From the IMG/VR virus record IMGVR_UViG_3300045988_133735: DNA of 64,000 bases. One strand, given 5' to 3'. The position numbers and the translations under genes were made by a program. The DNA comes from a virus. Shown in pieces: positions 16,414 to 26,600 of the stretch. A model generated the notes under the pieces. That model made no database searches and had not been told where the DNA came from. It saw only the letters and a program-made list of their open reading frames with translations. The number at the start of each line of letters is the position of its first letter. Within the stretch, counting starts at the first letter, position 1.

Positions 16414-17457
16414 TCAGCTTGCCAAAACAGTGTCGATTTCAGTATTTGTGATCTTTGTAATAGTAAAAATTTCGCCCAACGCGTCCCATGCAGAACCATT
16501 CCATGCATAGTTCATACCATTGCCAACGTCATACACGTCACCAATGGTCTGACCGCTCGTGGGCAGCTTGTCCGTAGAAGCGACGGAGCCCTTATAACGA
16601 TACATTGCGGTAATGTCACTCTTGAGTGCATAAGTGCTTGCCGCGCCAAATCCATCTAGCTTTTGTTTATCGGCAGTACTCATCAGGCCGTGGACGCTCT
16701 GTGTTGCGTCATTGTATGTTGTATTGGTTGGAGTAGCCCAAATACCATCGCCACGCAAATATTGACTCTGCTTGCCAGCCGCCGGAGCAGGAACCAGACC
16801 AGAACCACCAGCAGCCGAAGCAGTAGCGGCTTTAAAATCAGAATAAGTAGTATTATAGTCGGGTCCCCAAGTAGCAGAACCATCACCACTCCATCTTAGA
16901 ATTTGACCAGACTGACCGCCAGCCGGAATATGTTTATTGCCAGCAGAAGTCGGGTGTGTATAGTTGTTTGCGTTTGCAGCAATACCATCCAGCTTTGCTT
17001 TATCTCCGGCGCTCATCAAGCCAGCAGATCCAGAGGTTGCGTTGTTATAGGTTGTATTTAATGGGGTTGCCCATGTACCATCGCCCTTCAAAAACTGACC
17101 AGCATTATTAGCAGCAGGGGCGGGGACAAGGCCTGAGCCACCGGCTGCGGCACTGGTTGCACCCTTAAATGCACTATAAGTTGTGTTGTTATCAGCGCCC
17201 CACTGTGCTTCACCATCTTTACTCCAACGCAGAATCTGACCAGCAGAACCACCAGACGGAATATGCTTATTACCAGAACTTGTCGGGTGAGAATAATTGT
17301 TTGCGCCAGCCTCGATACCAGCCAGCTTATTCTTTTCGGCGGCAGTAAAATCATTGGAGGACAGCCCCTTGCCTTCGACTTTATCAACCTTGTCATTTAG
17401 CTTTGCCTTTATCTTTTGCCAGAAGTAAAGCAGGCCGTCATAATCTAACCAAGCCAT
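16414..17457 (-). CDS. tail fibre (347 aa) with two ~110-aa tandem repeats
   Basis: N-terminus MAWLDYDGLLYFWQKIKAKL. The unit NNY(S/T)HPTS.GNKHIP.GG..GQILRW...GGSGLVPAPAA...L.GDG.WATP.NTTYN.AT...GLMS..DK.KLDG occurs twice. Confidence 0.75.
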   Translation of the reverse strand: MAWLDYDGLLYFWQKIKAKLNDKVDKVEGKGLSSNDFTAAEKNKLAGIEAGANNYSHPTSSGNKHIPSGGSAGQILRWSKDGEAQWGADNNTTYSAFKGATSAAAGGSGLVPAPAANNAGQFLKGDGTWATPLNTTYNNATSGSAGLMSAGDKAKLDGIAANANNYTHPTSAGNKHIPAGGQSGQILRWSGDGSATWGPDYNTTYSDFKAATASAAGGSGLVPAPAAGKQSQYLRGDGIWATPTNTTYNDATQSVHGLMSTADKQKLDGFGAASTYALKSDITAMYRYKGSVASTDKLPTSGQTIGDVYDVGNGMNYAWNGSAWDALGEIFTITKITNTEIDTVLAS

Positions 17458-17469
17458 GTGTTTCCTCCT

Positions 17470-17940
17470 TTATGTTGAAAGTATCTTGTCTATATCTGAA
17501 TTCGTTAAAGCCTCCATGTACATAGATGGATCGCCAGTATTCACAACCAACTCGCCATTCTCATCTGTCATAACGGTGGTGATACCCGTGCCCTTGATGG
17601 ATACAGAACTTTGTTTTGCACCATCCAGCGTAATTTTTGCTTTGCCATTAAGTGCGCTCTTATTTGCACCTAGTGAGAAATTGTTGTCGTTTAACAGTGT
17701 CCAGTTGCCGCCCAAGTACGCATACAGCTTATCAGGTTTCAGATAATAGATTTTTTCGGCTAGAGGAGCCAATGGTAAGTCGCTCACAACCTCTAAATCG
17801 CTTCCGATTTTTACGTGAGCCGTAGCAGTGTCTCGATAGGCGTTTCCGGTGTCAAGGCAGACAATAAGCTGTCCGTCGATCACTGGAGTCTTGTCGAGTT
17901 GAGATTGTGCAATCTCTAAAAGTGATAATTTTGACATCAT
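17470..17940 (-). CDS. structural protein (fibre/baseplate accessory)
   Basis: 156-aa ORF inside the fibre block. Family not recognised. Confidence 0.45.
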   Translation of the reverse strand: MMSKLSLLEIAQSQLDKTPVIDGQLIVCLDTGNAYRDTATAHVKIGSDLEVVSDLPLAPLAEKIYYLKPDKLYAYLGGNWTLLNDNNFSLGANKSALNGKAKITLDGAKQSSVSIKGTGITTVMTDENGELVVNTGDPSMYMEALTNSDIDKILST

Positions 17941-18006
17941 GAAACTCCTTTTCGATAAAAATAACCCTGCACTCTGTAATGGAGTGTAGGGATTTATGTT
18001 AGATTA

Positions 18007-19113
18007 TTATGTCTCAGCGTTTGCGCCGGAATCATCAATAGCCTTCCAAGTCAGAGCACCTTCGACACTCTTGACACGATTATCCATAGCAGTATTCAGA
18101 CCATCTGCATAGGTTTTAGCAGTATCGCGAGCGGCATCCGCCTTTTTAGTAGCATCGGCAGCAGCGGCAGAAATTACTTCTGATTTCGCGGCGGTCAGCT
18201 CATCCTGAGATACCTTTGCATTCCAAGTGTTGCGCTCTTCGGCGGTAATGTGCACCACGGCATCCTTGGAATGACCGTCTAGCTGGTCTTGCACCTTTTT
18301 GATTTTTGCGTCAGTCTCAGCCTTGGTATAAGCATCAGGCACAGCCACATACAAGCCATCCTCTTCAATTGTAATAGAGTTATTGGCTTTTGCGGACACA
18401 CGCACATCAACACTGATTTTATTATCATCAGAAACGGTCACAGTTGCAGTAGAAGTTGCCACGCCGATATAAATATCAATCAGGGAGCCAACAGGAATCT
18501 TAATGACCTCGCCGGTGGTAATAGTCAGCTCGATCTCATGAGTCTCGGTGTTATAGATACCACTCTTTACAACCAAGTCCTTGCCCAACGCAATCGTCAG
18601 AGTGTCGCCGCCAAATACAGGCAGCTTGATAGTGCGAGTTTCTACATCATAAGTAGGCTCATGAACAATACCAGTCATGGTAGTGGTAACAGGTTCGTCA
18701 CCCTTTGCCACACTCAACACACCAGCATTATAAGTAACATCTGTAACAAACTTACCTTTAATACCTTCCACCGCTGCAACCTTGGCATTAACATAGTCAG
18801 CGACAGCCTTGGTGGTCGGAATATCATCGTTGGTAGCATCTGCAGGAATCTGAGTAACGGTTGTTTTGTTCAGCTGCACAAACTCCACACCATTCCAAAT
18901 ATGCATGGTGTAGTCTGTCATGCGGAAATAAATAATGCCCTGCACCTGACCCGCTGCGGGCAGGGAAGACACCATCTTAGTGCTCTTAGTGTACTCAGTT
19001 GTACCCTTAAACAATTGCAACGTATCGGTCGTAAAGTACAGTGTGTCCATGTCTTTTGGAGCAAGGGCATCGTACCGTGCTTTCGTACCATACGCAAATT
19101 TTACTTGTGCCAT
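18007..19113 (-). CDS. fibrous structural protein (368 aa)
   Basis: The N-terminus MAQVKFAYGTKARYDALAPKDMDTLYFTTDT is of a kind seen in fibre and head-fibre proteins. Ala-rich coiled-coil C-terminus. Confidence 0.55.
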   Translation of the reverse strand: MAQVKFAYGTKARYDALAPKDMDTLYFTTDTLQLFKGTTEYTKSTKMVSSLPAAGQVQGIIYFRMTDYTMHIWNGVEFVQLNKTTVTQIPADATNDDIPTTKAVADYVNAKVAAVEGIKGKFVTDVTYNAGVLSVAKGDEPVTTTMTGIVHEPTYDVETRTIKLPVFGGDTLTIALGKDLVVKSGIYNTETHEIELTITTGEVIKIPVGSLIDIYIGVATSTATVTVSDDNKISVDVRVSAKANNSITIEEDGLYVAVPDAYTKAETDAKIKKVQDQLDGHSKDAVVHITAEERNTWNAKVSQDELTAAKSEVISAAAADATKKADAARDTAKTYADGLNTAMDNRVKSVEGALTWKAIDDSGANAET

Positions 19114-19127
19114 ATTTTTCCTCCTTA

Positions 19128-19490
19128 TTAGAATTCAGTCCATTGGAAATTTGTAGATTGAGTTTGAAAAGGCTCGACGAAGAACCGACCTGACTCCGCA
19201 CTTTGCTGCACGACCCACGGTTCATATTTGTCGTCTTTGCCTCGTATCATTACGGTCTGACCTGCATAAGTCGCGTCATTCTGGTTGATTGCCTCATTTG
19301 CCGCCGGAATACTATCAAAACAAAGCGTCCGAGGCGCTACCTTTTGAATAGATAAGTCGTCCCGGACGTATATGAATTCTGATGTATCTTTTGTGATAAT
19401 AATGTCTTTGCCATCAATCAACCCAAGCGCAATCGCGGCTTCTACGTCTTCTGCGTTACCGTAACCAAGCTTCGAGTATTTGTATGCCAT
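19128..19490 (-). CDS. structural protein
   Basis: GAGGTGA RBS before ATG 19490. Position in the tail block. Confidence 0.45.
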   Translation of the reverse strand: MAYKYSKLGYGNAEDVEAAIALGLIDGKDIIITKDTSEFIYVRDDLSIQKVAPRTLCFDSIPAANEAINQNDATYAGQTVMIRGKDDKYEPWVVQQSAESGRFFVEPFQTQSTNFQWTEF

Positions 19491-19516
19491 TCTTTTCACC
19501 TCGCTTTAAACGATGG

Positions 19517-20152
19517 TTAGAATGGGACAACACGCATACTACCATCTTCAGTTTCCACAGTTTCAGTCGTAATCTTAATAGCGTTACCAATGGGTTTGCC
19601 CTCGGAGGTAAGCTGAATACGATGCTCTTCATCGTAAGTGATGTTATCAGCCTTGTTAGCCAGACTAGTGTTGAAGCGGTCGGTCATTGCCTTGTTCAGA
19701 GCCTCCAGCGCAATAATACGCTGATCCAGTGTGCTCAGTGCTTCATCAGGGATCAAATCAGACCACTTGCTGATAGGAATAATATGTACAACGCCAGGGC
19801 CAGCCTTACGCACGCGCTGAATCGTCTGTCCTTCAGAGTCCATCTCGACATGAATGAAGGTCAGCTGGAATTCAATGTCTCCAGCCTCACTAGTCAAACC
19901 CGTATCAAATGGCAGAAGATATTCCAACCGGTTCTTGTACAAGTCTTTTGACTTTTGTAGAATTTCAGTTTTATAGCGTTTGCTTACAGGCAAAACATAC
20001 TCCAGCATAACAGTGTAATCGCTAATATCTACACCCTTGTAAGTCTGGTCGGCAAGAAAGTGCAGATTATCCACCAGCTTGCTCCGCTGCATGATGCGCT
20101 CAGTCAGACTCGCTGTGATAGTGTTATCCTCGTTAATCAAAAAGGTATACAT
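19517..20152 (-). CDS. structural protein
   Basis: 211-aa ORF with a GGAAAGGAGG RBS, in the tail block. Confidence 0.45.
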   Translation of the reverse strand: MYTFLINEDNTITASLTERIMQRSKLVDNLHFLADQTYKGVDISDYTVMLEYVLPVSKRYKTEILQKSKDLYKNRLEYLLPFDTGLTSEAGDIEFQLTFIHVEMDSEGQTIQRVRKAGPGVVHIIPISKWSDLIPDEALSTLDQRIIALEALNKAMTDRFNTSLANKADNITYDEEHRIQLTSEGKPIGNAIKITTETVETEDGSMRVVPF

Positions 20153-20153
20153 A

Positions 20154-20303
20154 TCACACCTCCTTTCCGTTCACGATGTACAGGTAGTCATCCAAAGAAA
20201 TCTTCTTTTGTTCAAGCAGGTTCTCCACGAACTTATCCTGTACCATTCCATTCTTATAGAGTCGATGCATACTCTCGACGAACTCAGTAAAAATCTTCTC
20301 CAT
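20154..20303 (-). CDS. small protein (49 aa, below the ORF-track cutoff)
   Basis: My translation gives MEKIFTEFVESMHRLYKNGMVQDKFVENLLEQKKISLDDYLYIVNGKEV. Its start overlaps the upstream stop (ATGA) and it fills the gap exactly. Confidence 0.45.
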   Translation of the reverse strand: MEKIFTEFVESMHRLYKNGMVQDKFVENLLEQKKISLDDYLYIVNGKEV

Positions 20304-20626
20304 CACAGCAGACCTCCTTGAATTAACGTCAAAGTATAAGCATCAATAATAGCCTCGGGAGTTGTACCTCCCAAGGCTTTGATTTGGTCATATTCATATT
20401 TGTCAATCGGCTCAAGCGTTACAGTGTCATATTCCGGGGATGGAATCAGGTAATAGCCTTCAACGTGCCAGATATACTTGCCGTTGCTGCTGATAATACC
20501 CTGTGCGTCATCTTCGGTGCAATTCACCATAATATCGTGCTTAGGCTGATACTTTACAAACTGAAGGCGGTCAAGAGCATCGATCACTCGACCGTCTTTA
20601 AGTACCTTATAATACACTCTCAACAC
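20303..20626 (-). CDS. structural protein
   Basis: 107-aa ORF packed between the 2267-aa gene and the small ORF. Confidence 0.45.
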   Translation of the reverse strand: MLRVYYKVLKDGRVIDALDRLQFVKYQPKHDIMVNCTEDDAQGIISSNGKYIWHVEGYYLIPSPEYDTVTLEPIDKYEYDQIKALGGTTPEAIIDAYTLTLIQGGLL

Positions 20627-20630
20627 CTCC

Positions 20631-23600
20631 TTAAATACTGAACATAATGGTTACACCCAGCTGCTCGGACGGATAGTGGAAGCCATACAGCTCACCAGTC
20701 TCCTCGATTGCATAGAAGTATCCATCGTAAGTTGCAAACGGGGTACGCAACCAATACTTAGTCGGCTTGCCCTCTGCATTGTGCTTAATGCGAGACTCAT
20801 TGCCAGTCATGTAGCTGATGGTCTGACCTTCGTAGATATAAGGCTCATCGATCATTGCAGAGTTCACTTCAATCGCAGAAGGAATGAAGAAATAACAATC
20901 CGAAGTCACGATTTCCTTGCTCTTATTACCGGCAGAGCTTGGCACTTTAACTTTCTTGATAAGCTGTTTCCAACCAATGGGCAAAGCATCAACCAACCGA
21001 GAATCAAGATACTCGCGCAGGGAAGTGTTGCCCCAACCGCCAGCATTGTTGGAAGAAGAACTCAGCATCATATCCTGACCCAGAGTGTCTTTTTGCAAGA
21101 ACGTCATGGAACAACGCTTATTGGAATTGTCACTCAGGTAGTAGTTCTTAAAGCTTGCTACTTCAACAATCAGATTATCGTGTGTCCATGCAGCCAGCTC
21201 ACGGCAAGCAGCATCACCAAGGTCTGCGTACCAAAGCTTAGACCAATAAACCGTACCTTTAGCGTGGCGCTCGTAAGCACCATCGTCTGCCTTTGCACAA
21301 CCAAACACCAGTGTAGCGTTCGTCTTTGTGGAGCGGGTGCGAGTAATCTTTGTGTAATTCAGTGCGGAGCCATAGATATTAGAAGAGTAGACATACAAGC
21401 CATTGTCGCCCTTGATGTGCCGAATAACAGTCATATCGCGAGTGCCAGCTGCCACCCCATTTGCAGAGTCGATACCCCAAGTTGTCTTCACGCCAGTAGA
21501 ATTCCACAGCCGGATACCATTCATGCCGTTCTGCTCAAAGCACTGCATCAGAACAGTGTTATTTGCATTTGTGACATCCATCTTATAGTCAACAGCCAGC
21601 ACAAAATCTCTGTCCTCTTCAAACAGCTGAATGTTGGTGTCAATATAGTTCTTGCCATCAAACACCTGCGGCTCGCTGACAAGAATCTTTTCAGTGATAT
21701 CCTCATAAGAGAAATCATTGCCAAGCTGGATGGAGACTGCATCCTTTGCCGTAGCAATGTTCTGTTCAACACCAACCTTGTTCATTGCATAGATCTCAAC
21801 AGGGCGAAGCTGACCGATTTCCTTACCATCAAAGTAGGTAGAAGAATATTCACAGCTATCATAAACAGCATTGATATCCTTATCGCCGGTGACGTAGCCG
21901 CCCTTGTCCCAACCACTGAACAGGTAATACTTAAAAGCACTTTCCTCAGAGGTGTAAGTGGGAGTGTCACCATCATACAGAACCATAGAGCCATACGGAG
22001 CAACAGTTTCCTTCAGCACGGCTCCACGATTCATGTAGCGAACAGTGTACTTGCGCACTGATTCGGTATAGGTTGCTGTAATAGTCTGATTGCTGAAAAC
22101 GGCAACAAATTCAGTATCCCAACCGCTGAAAGTAAAGTCCGTAGAAATCGTACTCTCGGCAGTAGGTGTCTGGATCGGATTCTCTTTGCGTGTAACAGGA
22201 TCAACTGCCTTATCACCCTTATCAATGTACTGAACATCCAGCACCGTGCCATCCTTATTCACGAATGTCCAGACGAACTGTTGAACCAGCGTGTTATAAG
22301 TAATATTCAAGTCAGGCCACTGTGCGTTATAATCAGCCAACTGACGCTCACGCATAATGGGCACATGAACGCTGCCCTCGATAACAGAGTGGTCAGTATT
22401 GTAACCATTCTCGTCCAAACCGGTCATCTTCAGCAGACGTTCCAGCAGGGAAGTATCATCCAGTTCCCACTTTACGCCAGTCAGACGCACACGGTTCAGG
22501 CTCGTACACTTTGCCAGCATTCCAATCAGGTCGATGGTTGGGCAGTTCTCAACTGTCAGTGTGGTGATATTCTTATAATCTGTAACCTTCAGGTCGGTCA
22601 GATAATTCAGGTTCTTAGCGCTCAGACTGGCAATCGCAGGCAGCTCAGCCTTCTTAATCTTGCCGCCCTTAGCAAACGCGACACCAGTAATACCAGAGCC
22701 ACCAGCATAGAACTCTTCCAGATTCGTACAGCCAGTCAAACTGATGGACTTCTTCAGGTTTGGCACGTTTTGCAGGTTCAAATGCTCAAGCAGTGTGTTG
22801 TTACCAACCGCGAAGTCAGTCATATTCGTATTCTTGTAACCCTCGACGGCGGAGCCAATCTTCAGGTCAGTCAGTTTTACACCATGGCTGAAATCAACAT
22901 AGCCTGGATAGAAGCCAGAGATATCACCAATACTCTGGATAATAGAAGCATTGTAAACGTAAACTTCGGTATCGTTCATTGCCGCAATCGGGCACTGAAT
23001 CTCGTAAGTTTGACCACGCTTACCACGCACCTTTACAGGGTTAGAACCATACCGTACAGAGACATAAGTATCAGCGTAGGGGACAATATGGAAAGTACCA
23101 TCGGGCTTCACGCCTGTCCAGTTTGTCGGAGTGTAACCACGAATGGTCATATCATCAGAGGTGCAAGCAGCGCCTGTATACTTTGATGCCATGTATTTTT
23201 CCTGATAACGCTGGAACTGACGCCGCTGGTGGCGTTTATTGCCGTGCATCATAGGCAGATAGCTAGTTGTGCCATTGTCCTCATAAGTACGGAAATACTT
23301 GCGCCGCATATCCATAATCCACAGCTTTTCAGGCTTTACATCCTGATAGTCTTCGAACTTCTTCAGGATACGGGTAGAGCTCCATGCCAGAGCACTCTCA
23401 CGGCTCAGGAACATCTTTGCGAGATCGTCTGCAAACAGGTCACGAATCTTACACCACAGCTTAGAATCATGTGCGTTAAACACACTCTTTGTGCCGATAG
23501 TGTCCATGTCCTCGTAGCCGTAACTCAGGGTCAGACCACCTTCATTGTCGTTACCCATAGCGGTATCGTTGTCGTAGTCAAAACAAAAATCCCAGTGTAC

Positions 23601-26600
23601 GAGGTCAGTAGTGTGTGGGAATACGTTCTTTGCACGGTTATCAACCATGGTATGGCGCTCAGTAAACAGATAGTGGAACAGGGCAGAATCCTTGATAAAG
23701 TAGTTTTCAAAATTCTTCTTGAACTCAGCATCATCTGCATTCACGACCCAGTTCTGTACCCGAATCCATGCGTCTTTAGCTGCCTGAACCTCTTCCTCAG
23801 TACAAGCCTTATTGATGTAACGGAATTCAAAGCTGTGGTCGCCATCCCAAGTCTCCTCGGAGAAGTCGCCACTCAGGAAGCGTGCCTGTGCATCGGTGTT
23901 ATTGTCAATCTCAATGATAACTTCCTTGTGATTGTTCGGGTCCATACCCATGGTGTCACTATTCTTCTTTGAGTTACCAAAATCGCCGCAAGCATAGAAA
24001 TGCCACTGACCATCCTTGAAGACAGTTGCGTTTGTGGTGTCGGTCTCCTGAATAAAAACGACACAGGGGTAGAATGCCATGGTGTCGCGTACCTTCGGGT
24101 TGTCCTTGCGAGCTTGGCGAATGTACGGGTTGAACTCATTAAACTCGTCTGCCAGCAGAGCGTTATTTGCATTCTCAGAAGAGGCAACATTGACTTTGAT
24201 GTTAAAATACTTCTCACCAACACTGTTTTCTGTAAATGCATACTTGCTGCCAGTGCTCTCATCACCAAAGGTGAAACCACCAGAGCAGTTGATATCAATA
24301 TTACGACCAGATTCACCGTATGCATTAGAGCTAGTGCCCTGTCCCTTGTGTGAACCAATGGCGATCCAGTTGTCTTCCACAGCGCGGCCATTTTTGTAAA
24401 TGTGCTGGATGGTCGTATTCGGAACTTCGTTCTTTTTGCCAGTCGTAAAGGTTGGAGCAGAGATCTTGATAATGCGCAGGTCTGGGCACTTCTCAGCCAG
24501 TAGGTCAGGATTCAGCTCGCCGCTCACATCCGTAATATCATTGCGGGTGTAGCGCTCAATCATTTCCTCTGCATTCTTTGCGTCTGCAATAAAGTTATCA
24601 AGGATCTCGTCGTCCGTCAGATTCATCATATAGGACTTCATGCGGTAAACCAGCACGTCACAATCAGGAGAACCAATCGTAATGCCTACCGGAGAAGCCT
24701 GTGTAAAGTTGTCGCTTGCGTCATACAGCTCAACACGACAGGGAATACCATCCAACCATAGAACCATTTCCTTATACTGACTGTCTGGCAGAATGTTGAA
24801 TTCGAACTCCATAAAGTCATCTTCACAGGTCGGCAGGGAAATGCTATTCTGCTCACTGGTCAGTGTGACTTTTTGTGCCTGAATGTTCAGACCGATGCCG
24901 CCGTTCAAACAGGTCAGCGCCGTAGCATCGTAGTTCTTGACATTCGTAGTCTTAAACACAAGTTTAAAGTTCTTACCTAACTTCTTTGCGTCATCACCAA
25001 ACAGCTTGTAGCTGATATTTGCAGTCGTGCCAGCCTTTACACAGAAGTAGGTATCACCATCTTCATCCAGCTGATAACCACCATTAGACCAGTCGAAGTT
25101 GTTGCTGACGGTCAGCTTTGTATTGCCGTCAGTCCACAAACGAGTCTCGTCAGCGTTTGTCTTGCCAGCTGGATTGAAGTCAAAAGCCAGATTTGTCTTA
25201 ACAGGTTCAATCGTAATGCCGAGCTTTTCAATGTTAACTTTGATTTCTTTACTCACAGAACCACAGACGATCTTCAGCGTATGAGCACCGATTTCAGCGG
25301 ATTTCCATGTCCAAGTCTGCATTGTGCGTCCAACGGTCAGAGTAGCAGCCTTAGTGCCATCGACTTCCAACGTCACGGTGGTTGTAGAGCTGGAAGGGTC
25401 ATAAACGGTATAGTTAATTGCGACGTTGCTGTACTGCTTTGCACTTGCTGTCTTTGTGGCACAGCTGATAATGGGAGTTGTATTGCCTTCGACCGCCCAC
25501 ATGATATCCTTTTTAATTGTGTTGCTGGTCACGGTTTTTCCATTGATTTCTGCGGTCATGGAGACTTCTACCAAATGTGCGCCGTGGGTCTGTGCAGGAA
25601 TAGCATAAGTCAACTGTCTGCCGGTAACGCTGCTTGTGGTAGAGCCAAGAATCTTTCCATCAATCGTAAAGTTGATAGTTTTTGCAATATTGCCATACGG
25701 AGTGTAGCGGAAGGTTACCTCTCCACTATAAACCAGCGTATCATCAAAAGAACTCTCCAGATAGAACTCAACAACATTGACAGTCCAAGTCTTTGTACCA
25801 ACACTGCCCACGCTATCGGTCACCTGTAGCTTAACAGTATTGTCACCGCTGTGCAGATACTGGGTTGCGTCAAAGCTGTTCTTTCCCTGGATAACGGTCT
25901 GCGTGCCAACTTTTGTATTGCCGACATACCAGACGCCAGTAGCAGAACCAGTGTCATCGCCAGAATTGTCCACAGAAGAGAACTTGAAATTGATAATAGC
26001 TGAGTCACCAGCAATCACAGTTAGCGCAGAGCCATCCAGACGCTCGATCTTGATAACACTTGTACTGCCGCCAGTGCCACCGCCTCCACCACCTTGGATG
26101 ACAACTTGTGTTTTCACAGTGCCATTTTCCAACAGGCTCAGCTTTGAATCCTCGTAAGTAATATCATACTCACGCCCAGAATTCGGGTCAGGCTTCACAT
26201 TTTTCAACTGCTCCTGAATTTCAGAAATATCGCCATTGATAGTGTCAATACTATTCTGCAAACCAGAAGCAGTATTTTTTACCACAGTCAAATCATTTGC
26301 CACGGTCTCAACGCTGGTCTTTTCAGCCTTTGCTTCTAACAGCTTGTTGATTGCCTGTTTGTTGTAATAATCACTTTGCAAGGTCTCAGGCAAGTTACCA
26401 ACGCTATCCTGTAGATTTTTTACAGCAGCATCATTGCTGGTCTTGTACTCGGTCAGTTCAGTCTTAACGGGCGCAATCTTCTCATCAATTTTTGCTTCAA
26501 CGGTCTTATTAAAGGCTGTCACCCATTCAGCACTCGGGTCGGTGTTCAATGTAATGGTCTTGATAACCTTTTCGCCATTTAAGAACTTGACCGTCTGTGT

